From: Candidatus Levyibacteriota bacterium
GTDB lineage: Bacteria > Patescibacteriota > Microgenomatia > Levybacterales > UBA12049
Length of the DNA stretch: 64,000 nucleotides
NCBI GenBank assembly: GCA_016182185.1
Contig: JACOXU010000002.1
Span: forward strand, 86,874-150,873
Reading direction: 5' to 3'
The position numbers and the translations under genes were made by a program. Every line of letters starts with the position of its first letter. Position 1 is the stretch's first letter. The notes under the pieces were generated by a model. It did no database searches and had not been told where the DNA came from. It was given only the letters and a program-made list of their open reading frames with translations. Shown here one piece after another: positions 21,168 to 29,136 of the stretch.

Positions 21168-21796
21168 AACTTCCTCCGTATTCTTCGCTTGCGCGAAGCT
21201 AAATCCAGGTTGGTTATTCGGTTTTAGCCTGAGATCAGTGCTAGTACGAAGAGGGCGATTAGGATCAAGGTAGCCAAGGAATATACGAGTCCAGCCATAT
21301 GCGTTAGAATCGTAGCCTCGCTGTCAAGATCGTTATACCACTCGTACAAAGCACAACAGGTCTTAACATGTTTAACCCCCTTTAGGTTAATTAATTAGGG
21401 TTGATTTATCCGCCTGACTTTACCCTTCGGCCTTATCTCGCCAATTGGCGGATTCGGCTCAGGGAGCAGTCTTTGGCGGATTTCGTCACGCATAAATGCG
21501 TAACTTTATCTGCATACCTTGTTAAAGTGCGTCTCATAAAGAGAGTGGTCCTTGCGGATCAAACTCCTTAAGAGCGTACTGTTTCGCATCCGCCTCCGCT
21601 AAAGCTTCGGCGAGACAAACAAAATACCCGCAAAATGGGTACAAGGCGAAAAAGTTCAAGAATTCTATCAAATATTATAGGCTTTGTCAACTTAAATGAG
21701 TTCAAATCCCATTTTATTTTCTTATAGGATTTATTAGTGAAATTTATTTAAGATAGTTGTAAAAGTTAGGTAAAAGATTTAAGATTTAAGAAGTAT

Positions 21797-21868
21797 AAAT
21801 TTAAATTCTAAATTCGAAATTCTAAACTCTAAATAAATTACAAATTCAAAATCTTAAAATAATAAACA
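21797..21868. repeat. degenerate heptamer repeat array (aaattct/aaattca-type) upstream of the T4CP-like gene
   Basis: taaattctaaattcgaaattctaaactctaaataaattacaaattcaaaatcttaaaat. Confidence 0.65.
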
Positions 21869-21883
21869 AATTATAATTTAACC

Positions 21884-24052
21884 ATGAAGAATCAATTTGA
21901 TCGGGTTTTATTGGAAATCAAAACTTCAAGGACAGGGGAGGAAACTCCTGAGGCAATGGTCCAGTTTCTCTCAAGTCTTATCGGGCTTAAGAAACGTTAT
22001 TTAAATCTTATTTCATTTGCAATTCCGATCACACTTGAAATCGGAGTAATTGATCAGACAATTCATTTTTATATCTCTGCCCCAGCCACTCTTGCTACTT
22101 TTATAGAATCCCAGCTTGTTTCCCAGTATCCCAAGGCCTTGATAACCAAAACCCGTGATCCCTTGCCGGAAATGTTGTCAAATTCTTCATTGCTTGCGCT
22201 GGCTCAAATGAAACTTTCCTCAGGATTTATTTATCCAATCAAAACCTACAAAGATTTTAAAGATGTTGATCCGATGTCCTCAATCCTTTCTGTCCTTTCA
22301 AAAGCTCAGAAAGAAGACAAGGCTTGGATTCAACTAGTTCTTGTTCCGGTAGGGAATTCCTGGCAGGGAAAAGGCGAAAGAATAGCAACTGTCAAGAACA
22401 AAGACTCAGCCGGAGTAACTCACACCAATCCATATTCGAAGGTAATTATGGAAAAGATTAGCCTGAATGGCTTCAAAACTGCCATAAGGCTTGCTGTTTC
22501 TTCACATTCCAAAGAGAGAAGACTGCAGCTTCTTTACGAAATGGCCAATAGCTTCTCGTCCTTTAATAATCCTTCCGGAAACAGCCTTGGTTTCAGGCGT
22601 GTGCTTCTTTGGCAAAGAAGTAGGCTTATAAATGGAATGATCAAGAGAAATAAAAGATTTATTCCCTCCAGCCAAATTCTAAATGTAGGAGAGATCGCCA
22701 CTTTTTTCCATTTTCCGACTCAAAAATTCGCAACTCTTCATAATATTTCCTGGCACAAAACCATACTTTCCGAGCCTCCGCAAAATCTTCCGGTTGCAGA
22801 ATACTTGAGTCCTGAAGAGAAGGAAGAAACCAATTTTTTTGCGGCAACAGAATTCAAAAATAAAATTACAAATTTCGGAATAAAAACGACAGACCGAAGA
22901 AAGCATTTTTATATCATCGGAAAGACCGGAACCGGAAAATCGACTCTTATCGCGAATATGGGAATAAATGATATAAGAAATAAAAAGGGAGTTTGTATTA
23001 TAGATCCGCATGGAGATTTATGCGAGATTATCTTAAACTATATCCCATCCTACAGAGTGAATGATGTAGTTTATCTTGATCCGGCTGATGCTGCTCATCC
23101 TTTTTCATTAAATCCTCTTACGGTTGATAACCCCGAACAAAAGGAGCTGGTTGTCTCAGGAATTGTTGCCATCTTTCATAAACTTTATGGTCACACTTGG
23201 GGTCCGAGACTTGAGTATATCTTAAGAAACGCCCTTTTGTCAGTCATTAGTCTTCCTGATGCCACACTTCTTATGGTCCAGGATATTTTGACAGATGATG
23301 CTTTCAGAAGAAGAGTGATTGAAAGACTGACAGACAGGGTTCTTCGAAACTATTGGGTGAATGAATTCGAGAACATGCATCCTAGGATAAAAAGCGAATC
23401 AATTTCTCCGATCTTAAACAAAGTCGGGCAGTTTACTTCATCGCGTCTTATGCGAAATATTATTAAAAATCCACGGTCTACTGTAAATCTTGAGAAAATA
23501 ATGAACGAGGGGAAAATCGTGATTATGAATTTGTCCCAAGGAAGAATAGGGGAGGATAATGCCGCACTTTTGGGTGCCATGACAATCACCAAAATTCAGC
23601 TTGCGGCCATGAATAGAGTTTCAATGCCTGAGGCAGAGAGGAAGGATTTTTACCTCTACGTAGATGAGTTTCAAAATTTTGCCACAACCAGCTTTATTAA
23701 AATATTATCTGAAGCCCGCAAATACCGGCTTAACTTAATTCTGGCCAATCAGTATATATCTCAAGTGCCTGAAGATGTCAGAGCCGCAATATTTGGAAAT
23801 GTGGGAACGATGATGTCTTTTATAATCGGCGCTCAGGACAGTACCTATGTGGGTAAAGAATTTGGAGAAAGATTCAAAGCAGAAGATCTATTGCTGCTTA
23901 ATAACTATCAGGCAATTATCAAGCTTTCAATTGACGGAATCACCCAATCGCCGTTTTTGTGCAATACATTACCACTTCCCAAAAGTATTACTCAAAATAG
24001 GGAAAAGGTTATAAGATTATCTAGGGAGAAGTACACGAAACCCGTAGGGTAA
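21884..24052 (+). CDS. VirD4/TraG-family (type IV coupling protein-like) P-loop ATPase, orphan
   Basis: Walker A HFYIIGKTGTGKST is followed by IDPHGDL (matching the DPKGE/D motif of TraG/VirD4). Walker B is FYLYVDEFQNF. A ~330-aa N-terminal domain has no recognisable function. No other T4SS genes were seen in the window. Confidence 0.55.
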   Translation: MKNQFDRVLLEIKTSRTGEETPEAMVQFLSSLIGLKKRYLNLISFAIPITLEIGVIDQTIHFYISAPATLATFIESQLVSQYPKALITKTRDPLPEMLSNSSLLALAQMKLSSGFIYPIKTYKDFKDVDPMSSILSVLSKAQKEDKAWIQLVLVPVGNSWQGKGERIATVKNKDSAGVTHTNPYSKVIMEKISLNGFKTAIRLAVSSHSKERRLQLLYEMANSFSSFNNPSGNSLGFRRVLLWQRSRLINGMIKRNKRFIPSSQILNVGEIATFFHFPTQKFATLHNISWHKTILSEPPQNLPVAEYLSPEEKEETNFFAATEFKNKITNFGIKTTDRRKHFYIIGKTGTGKSTLIANMGINDIRNKKGVCIIDPHGDLCEIILNYIPSYRVNDVVYLDPADAAHPFSLNPLTVDNPEQKELVVSGIVAIFHKLYGHTWGPRLEYILRNALLSVISLPDATLLMVQDILTDDAFRRRVIERLTDRVLRNYWVNEFENMHPRIKSESISPILNKVGQFTSSRLMRNIIKNPRSTVNLEKIMNEGKIVIMNLSQGRIGEDNAALLGAMTITKIQLAAMNRVSMPEAERKDFYLYVDEFQNFATTSFIKILSEARKYRLNLILANQYISQVPEDVRAAIFGNVGTMMSFIIGAQDSTYVGKEFGERFKAEDLLLLNNYQAIIKLSIDGITQSPFLCNTLPLPKSITQNREKVIRLSREKYTKPVG

Positions 24053-24114
24053 ATTACAAATCTAAAATTACAAATTCCAAGCCTTTAGAATTTTGTATTT
24101 TGATTTTTGAATTT
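24051..24114. repeat. heptamer repeat array arranged as an imperfect inverted repeat, downstream of the T4CP-like gene
   Basis: aaattacaaatctaaaattacaaattcc...gaattttgtattttgatttttgaattt. The two arms are near reverse complements, which could form a long hairpin or terminator. Confidence 0.6.
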
Positions 24115-24144
24115 ATTCGGAGCTTGAGATTTTGAAATTGGTGC

Positions 24145-24828
24145 TTACTTTGAAGCTCTCTTTCTGAGGTAAAATCCTAATGCTCCTGATGGGATAAGTC
24201 CCAAGAGCCCAAGCATCTCAGGTCCGGTTGCCGGAGCCTTAGTTACCGGCTGAGATGGAAAGACTTTTAATCCTCCCTTGGTAGTAACTTCTCCGAGAAC
24301 AGGCTTTTCAATACAAAATTGAGCATTGTCAGAGCTTTCCTGACCGTTATTATTTGCAGTTGATTGATTTACAACGCAAGTTATTCCTTGAGAAAATTTG
24401 TCTTGGGTCTGAGTCTTACCAACAACTGTAAATGTTCTTGATTCTCCGGCTTTTAAGTCTCCAACCTCAAAAGTAAGAGTTTTGGAATTTGAGTCAAAAT
24501 TTCCCGTTCCTGAAACAAAATCAACAAATTGAGGAAGAATATCTTTTACTGTAACTTTTGAAATAGTATTTCCTCCATTGTTGGTGACAGTAATTTGGAA
24601 GGTTACATTTGACGAAGGAGAGTGTTTTGGATCATTTACTCCAAGATTGTCGACAAATGATCCTGTCTGGGGATTTTGGACTGTTTTGTTAATAAAGACA
24701 TTGCCAACCTGAATACAGGTTTCTCCACCACCATAAATTGGCTGACACGATACATCAGCATTTGCTGAAACACTCATTGCCATAAATAGCACTGAAGACA
24801 AAAATAAAGATGAAATGATTTTCTTCAT
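24145..24828 (-). CDS. secreted surface protein (DUF11/CARDB-like beta domain) with a C-terminal sortase-type sorting signal
   Basis: Signal peptide. NVTFQITVTNNGGNTISKVTVKDILP is a DUF11-like repeat. The C-terminus has APATGPE, a TM helix (MLGLLGLIPSGALGFYL) and RKRASK. Confidence 0.5.
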   Translation of the reverse strand: MKKIISSLFLSSVLFMAMSVSANADVSCQPIYGGGETCIQVGNVFINKTVQNPQTGSFVDNLGVNDPKHSPSSNVTFQITVTNNGGNTISKVTVKDILPQFVDFVSGTGNFDSNSKTLTFEVGDLKAGESRTFTVVGKTQTQDKFSQGITCVVNQSTANNNGQESSDNAQFCIEKPVLGEVTTKGGLKVFPSQPVTKAPATGPEMLGLLGLIPSGALGFYLRKRASK

Positions 24829-25051
24829 ATTTCGACTTTGCTCAATATCCAGATATTAAAAATGATACTGAAAACTTTATCAAGTTGGGCAGTATCATTA
24901 AGATAGCCCGAAGAATATCATATATTATAGGTTATGTCAAGTGTCCCATTTTTAGTTCTTGACCCCACATCATTTTCCTTTCGCCTTTTCAATTCTTTTC
25001 GAATACGGCTCAAGGGGCATAAGATCGAGGGGTCTGCGAGGCAAGTGCCTC

Positions 25052-25080
25052 TTGACAAAGGAATAGGGATGTGGTGTAAT
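25052..25080 (+). promoter_or_regulatory. sigma70-like promoter (TTGACA-17-TGTAAT) in the long rho leader
   Basis: TTGACA at 25052-25057 and TGTAAT at 25075-25080. A ~140-nt leader precedes rho, as is typical for rho autoregulatory leaders. Confidence 0.4.
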
Positions 25081-25222
25081 ACACTTGGTTTAAATATTTC
25101 CTTCTTGGAAAGAATCCCGCTTAAGAATAACTTTCACGGATCCATGTTTAAGAGTCTTATTTAGCATCACGCTTATACAATTATTAAATTAATCTCTTTC
25201 TCTTTCCAAGCATTTTAAAGAT

Positions 25223-26476
25223 ATGCCAGTCAGAAAATCTACAATTTCCAAAAAGCCTACGGTTACTGATATTGTCGGTGAACCGGAGCTAACCAAAGTA
25301 AAAGCTCAGACAATTGAGGAGCCTCAGTCTGTCGAACCAGCTGTGCCTCAGATTAGAGTCGAACCTTCCGTACAGACCCAAGAAGTCTCAGGAATTTTAG
25401 ATATTCAGCCTGAAGGACACGGATTTTTACGTCCGAAGTTTATCCCATCAACGCGGGACGTGTATATTTCCCAATCTCAGATTAGAAGATTTCTTTTGCG
25501 ACCGGGTGATTTAGTCGAAGGAGTCGGCCGGCCTCCCAAGGATACAGAAAGATATTTTGGGCTTTTGAAAGTTGAGAAAGTGAACAACGTCCCCGCTGAC
25601 GATTCTATGAGGAGACCTTATTTTGATGACCTTACTCCGATTTATCCTAAGAAACAGGTTGTCTTAACGACAGGAAAAACCCCTCTCTCGACAAGGATCA
25701 TAGATTTGGTAGCTCCAATCGGATTTGGGCAAAGAGGAATGATCGTCTCGCCCCCTAAGGCGGGAAAAACAACAATTCTCAAGGAATTAGCAGCCGGAAT
25801 TTCCCAGAATTTTCCCAAGGCACACCTTATGGCAGCTCTCATCGGAGAAAGACCAGAGGAGGTAACTGACATAAGCACTTCAGTTAAGGGAGATGTAGTT
25901 GCTTCAAACTTTGATGAACCGCCTGAAAAACAGACGAAGGTGGCAGAAATAACTTTGGATCGGGCAAAGCGTTTGGTTGAACAAGGAATTGATGTAATCA
26001 TCCTTCTTGATTCAATTACCCGTTTGGCTCGAGCATATAATCTTTCAGTTGCGCCGTCCGGAAGAACTTTGTCCGGTGGTTTTGATCCTGCGGCTCTTTG
26101 GCCCGCCAAACGTTTCTTCGGCGCAGCAAGAAGCTGTAAAGAAGGAGGATCCCTAACTATTATAGGAACTGCACTCGTTGATACAGGTTCACGCATGGAC
26201 GATTTAATTTATGAAGAATTTAAAGGTACCGGAAACATGGAGCTGCACCTCGACAGAAAACTCTCAGACAGAAGAATTTTCCCAAGCATAGATGTAGAGC
26301 GTTCTGGGACAAGACAGGAAGAGCTTATTCTCCCTGAGATAGAGCTTAAGAAGGTTGTTACCATGCGAAGAATGCTTGATATGTTATCTCCTGAGGAAAG
26401 AACGAGTGCCTTAATTGATCGCTTGGCAAAAACAGAAACCAACGAAGCCTTCCTCTTATCTCTAGGAAAGGGATAA
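25223..26476 (+). CDS. rho: transcription termination factor Rho
   Basis: The N-terminal extension is followed by an RNA-binding domain (GFGFLR-like GHGFLRP) and a RecA-like ATPase (PPKAGKTTILKELA). The C-terminal Rho signature is LDRKLSDRRIFPSIDVERSGTR. Confidence 0.9.
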   Translation: MPVRKSTISKKPTVTDIVGEPELTKVKAQTIEEPQSVEPAVPQIRVEPSVQTQEVSGILDIQPEGHGFLRPKFIPSTRDVYISQSQIRRFLLRPGDLVEGVGRPPKDTERYFGLLKVEKVNNVPADDSMRRPYFDDLTPIYPKKQVVLTTGKTPLSTRIIDLVAPIGFGQRGMIVSPPKAGKTTILKELAAGISQNFPKAHLMAALIGERPEEVTDISTSVKGDVVASNFDEPPEKQTKVAEITLDRAKRLVEQGIDVIILLDSITRLARAYNLSVAPSGRTLSGGFDPAALWPAKRFFGAARSCKEGGSLTIIGTALVDTGSRMDDLIYEEFKGTGNMELHLDRKLSDRRIFPSIDVERSGTRQEELILPEIELKKVVTMRRMLDMLSPEERTSALIDRLAKTETNEAFLLSLGKG

Positions 26477-26694
26477 AACGCCTTGGGTTGACAGATCAGT
26501 TTTAATCTGTTAACCTTTTTATTTGAGCTATGCGCAAGAACCGTCTTTCGTACTTTTTTTGGACATTTTTCCCTCAATTCATATCTGAATTTATCATTTT
26601 CTTCCGCTTTCTACTCTCTTATCTTAAGAAAAAAATTATTACTTGGTACATTTTCTTTGAAAGGAACAAGAATATTCTGGTTAAGTTTTTTACA

Positions 26695-27648
26695 ATGAAA
26701 AGAGGCCGTTACAATCGGTCTTTTTTGCATTTTTCAGCCGCCGGTGTATTGGGCATTGGAATAATTTTGGCTCCCTTTCTGGCGAGTACCTATCCGGTTT
26801 TTTCGACCAATGCATCAGTCAAAATAGATTCCCCGTCAACAAGTCAATCAATTATAGTTGGGGAGAACTCGCTTCAGACTGAAATTTCTGAGAAGCCAAG
26901 AGATAAGATTATAATTTACACTGTTCAAAAGGGAGATACCGTATCGACAATTGCCCAGAAATTCGGAATATCAGCCAATACTGTACGTTGGGAAAATGGT
27001 CTTTCAAATGACAATCTTTCTGTCGGAGATGAATTAAGGATACTGCCAGTAACAGGAATTGCTCACAAGGTAGTAAAAGGTGATACAGTTTATTCTATTG
27101 CGAAGAAGTTTGATACAGAAGCCCAGAGGATCGCAGACTTTCCCTTTAATGATTTTGCCAATCCTGAAACTTTCTCACTCGTCGCAGGGCAGATTCTTAT
27201 CGTTCCTGATGGTGTAAAGCCCTCTGAACAGCCATACATTAAACGACAAGTATATATTGCCCAAGGTCCTGTATCTGTGTCTTCAGCCGGATTCACATGG
27301 CCGGTCCGCGGAGTTGTCAGTCAGTTTGCCACATGGTATCACATGGCAATCGATATCTTGTCTCCCATTGGAACGCCAATTGTTGCCGCACAAGACGGGG
27401 TAGTTTCAAGAACAAGTGTAGGCACTTGGGATGGAGGGTATGGAACAAGTGTTTATATCTCAGGCGACACATATGGATCTCATTACGCACACATGAGCGC
27501 TGTAAATGTATCTGCCGGGGATAAAGTTGCGGCAGGAAAGACAGTTATTGGTTGGATAGGAATGACTGGAAGAACAACCGGTGCTCATGTACATTTCGAG
27601 ATCTCCCGAAACGGAACTTTGATCAATCCTCTTCCGTTCCTTCAGTAG
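26695..27648 (+). CDS. LysM-domain M23 family peptidase (cell-wall endopeptidase)
   Basis: Two LysM repeats (YTVQKGDTVSTIAQKFGIS... and HKVVKGDTVYSIAKKF...). C-terminal M23 motifs (HYAHMS...GMTGRTTGAHVHFEI). Start chosen at MKRGRYN, followed by a TM segment. The track ORF begins at 26530 with an implausible N-terminal extension. Confidence 0.7.
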   Translation: MKRGRYNRSFLHFSAAGVLGIGIILAPFLASTYPVFSTNASVKIDSPSTSQSIIVGENSLQTEISEKPRDKIIIYTVQKGDTVSTIAQKFGISANTVRWENGLSNDNLSVGDELRILPVTGIAHKVVKGDTVYSIAKKFDTEAQRIADFPFNDFANPETFSLVAGQILIVPDGVKPSEQPYIKRQVYIAQGPVSVSSAGFTWPVRGVVSQFATWYHMAIDILSPIGTPIVAAQDGVVSRTSVGTWDGGYGTSVYISGDTYGSHYAHMSAVNVSAGDKVAAGKTVIGWIGMTGRTTGAHVHFEISRNGTLINPLPFLQ

Positions 27649-28342
27649 GCAATCTTTGATTTTGGCCAATAAGTTGATCAATCGTTGTTCGATCGTCGAT
27701 ATGAAATGAACTTCTTATTCTCTGCAAGAAACTTATTAAATCGTTTCTTGACTCTCTATGACCTGAGCTTGTTCTTTCCAAATTGGACAATATAGAGCTG
27801 AGGGTTTCAAGATTGTCGACGAAATTCCTTTTCCGAACTTGAGGATTAAAACTTGTTATTAATTCGTAGTAAGGATCAAGGTCAGTTAAGTAAATTTTAT
27901 CCGCAGGATCTTTCTTGGTATGTCCATAGGAAAAATCATCGTCATTTAAATCATATATAAGGAATCCGCCATTTTCGAAGATATCTGTATGATATTCAAG
28001 GAGAAGAGAGAAGAATTTCCTTGCTTCTTTTTCTTCAATACTTGCTTCGCTCAAGCATTTGCCTTCGACCTTTTCAGCAATTGTAAATGCTGAAATCTGT
28101 CCGTTCTCATCTAATCCGACAACAGCACTAAAAGGTACGACTGCAATTCCGTAATCGTTTTCAAGATTTTGGAACAAGGCCATTGCAATATCAATTTCAT
28201 ACAGCGGATAACCTTTTATAGTTTCAAATGGTCCTTTTCTAACGACAAAACTTCTGTTATTACCGAATGTATAGAGAGTTTCGGAATCGGAGAAGGGTAT
28301 TAAAGATTCTTTAAATGGAGTCTGTCCAGCAATTTCTTTCAT
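27623..28342 (-). CDS. hypothetical protein
   Basis: Track ORF 27623..28432 is trimmed to Met MKEIAGQ, because the upstream 90 nt overlap tRNA-Ala(GGC). Confidence 0.4.
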   Translation of the reverse strand: MKEIAGQTPFKESLIPFSDSETLYTFGNNRSFVVRKGPFETIKGYPLYEIDIAMALFQNLENDYGIAVVPFSAVVGLDENGQISAFTIAEKVEGKCLSEASIEEKEARKFFSLLLEYHTDIFENGGFLIYDLNDDDFSYGHTKKDPADKIYLTDLDPYYELITSFNPQVRKRNFVDNLETLSSILSNLERTSSGHRESRNDLISFLQRIRSSFHIDDRTTIDQLIGQNQRLPTEGTEED

Positions 28343-28395
28343 GGAGGAGATATTATACAAAAGCAGGGGAGAAGTATCAACTATAGGACAATTTG

Positions 28396-28467
28396 TGGAC
28401 CGGAAGAGATTCGAACTCTCAACCCCCTCCATGCCATGGAGGTGCGCTACCGTTACGCTACCGGCCC
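28396..28467 (-). tRNA. tRNA-Ala (anticodon GGC)
   Basis: Reverse complement is gggccggtagcgtaacggtagcgcacctccatggcatggagggggttgagagttcgaatctcttccggtcca. G3:U70 is present, the anticodon loop is atGGCat, and the T-loop is ttcgaat. Confidence 0.8.
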
Positions 28468-28470
28468 TTG

Positions 28471-28541
28471 TGGACTTGCCGAGAATCGAACTCGGAACTC
28501 GGTCATGCGAAGACCACGGTATACCATTTACCTACAAGCCC
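28471..28541 (-). tRNA. tRNA-Ala (anticodon CGC)
   Basis: Reverse complement is gggcttgtaggtaaatggtataccgtggtcttcgcatgaccgagttccgagttcgattctcggcaagtcca. G3:U70 is present and the anticodon loop is ttCGCat. It sits 3 nt from the previous tRNA. Confidence 0.8.
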
Positions 28542-28775
28542 GTTCATGCTTATCATTTTAACAGAAAACGTTGTCTATGAAAATACTTCTACTTGCTATT
28601 TTGCCTTTGACCATCTATAATCAGGGAAGTTGAGACAGTCTTCACTTCTCTCTGAAGTTTAGCGGGAGAAAATAGAAATTGCTCACAGAGAAAATAAATG
28701 AAAATAGATTTTCAGAGAGGAGGTGACCACTAATTCCAGTTCAAGCTTATGATAAAGCTTGAATAAGAAACTTAA

Positions 28776-29060
28776 ATGGCCTTTCAAGATCAAACATTAA
28801 CTTGTAAAGATTGCGGTAAAGAATTTGTCTGGACTGCTTCTGAGCAAGAATTTTATCAGCAAAAAGGATTTGAAAATGCTCCAGTCAGGTGCCCTGAATG
28901 CCGAAGTTTGAAAAAAGCAAGAATGGGGGGAGGACGAGGAGGACAGAGACAACTTTTTGAAATTACCTGTTCACAATGTGGAAGAAAAGATACAGTTCCT
29001 TTTCAACCAAGAGGAGACAGACCGGTACTTTGTAGAGATTGTTTTCGAAAGAAGCAATAA
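28776..29060 (+). CDS. small zinc-ribbon protein (two CxxC...CxxC modules)
   Basis: CKDCG...CPEC and CSQCG...CRDC. A TTGCTA-17-TATAAT promoter at about 28592-28620 lies upstream. Confidence 0.5.
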   Translation: MAFQDQTLTCKDCGKEFVWTASEQEFYQQKGFENAPVRCPECRSLKKARMGGGRGGQRQLFEITCSQCGRKDTVPFQPRGDRPVLCRDCFRKKQ

Positions 29061-29136
29061 ACTCCTTCTTAAATAAATCCCATATAACTTAGAAATTATA
29101 TTAGTAATTAATTATCTTTCTATTGTTTTAAAGGCT

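Larger units (their letters stand above)
16050..21640. other. high-GC (~60-65%) foreign island in a ~37% GC background; candidate horizontally acquired segment
   Basis: Base composition changes abruptly at ~16.05 kb and ~21.64 kb. All coding is on the minus strand, and AAGGAGG-type ribosome-binding sites are strong, unlike the flanking genes. The island carries dockerin and Thr-Pro-linker secreted proteins. No integrase or tRNA was seen at the borders. Confidence 0.6.

Noticed and set aside
26530-26694. N-terminal 55-codon extension of the LysM/M23 peptidase ORF.
   Set aside because: It is odd and low-complexity (FFWTFFPQFISEFIIFF) and overlaps the rho terminator region. The Met followed by a signal anchor at 26695 is the more plausible start.
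28343-28432. First 30 codons of track ORF 27623..28432.
   Set aside because: They overlap tRNA-Ala(GGC) on the same strand, so the start was moved to the next Met.
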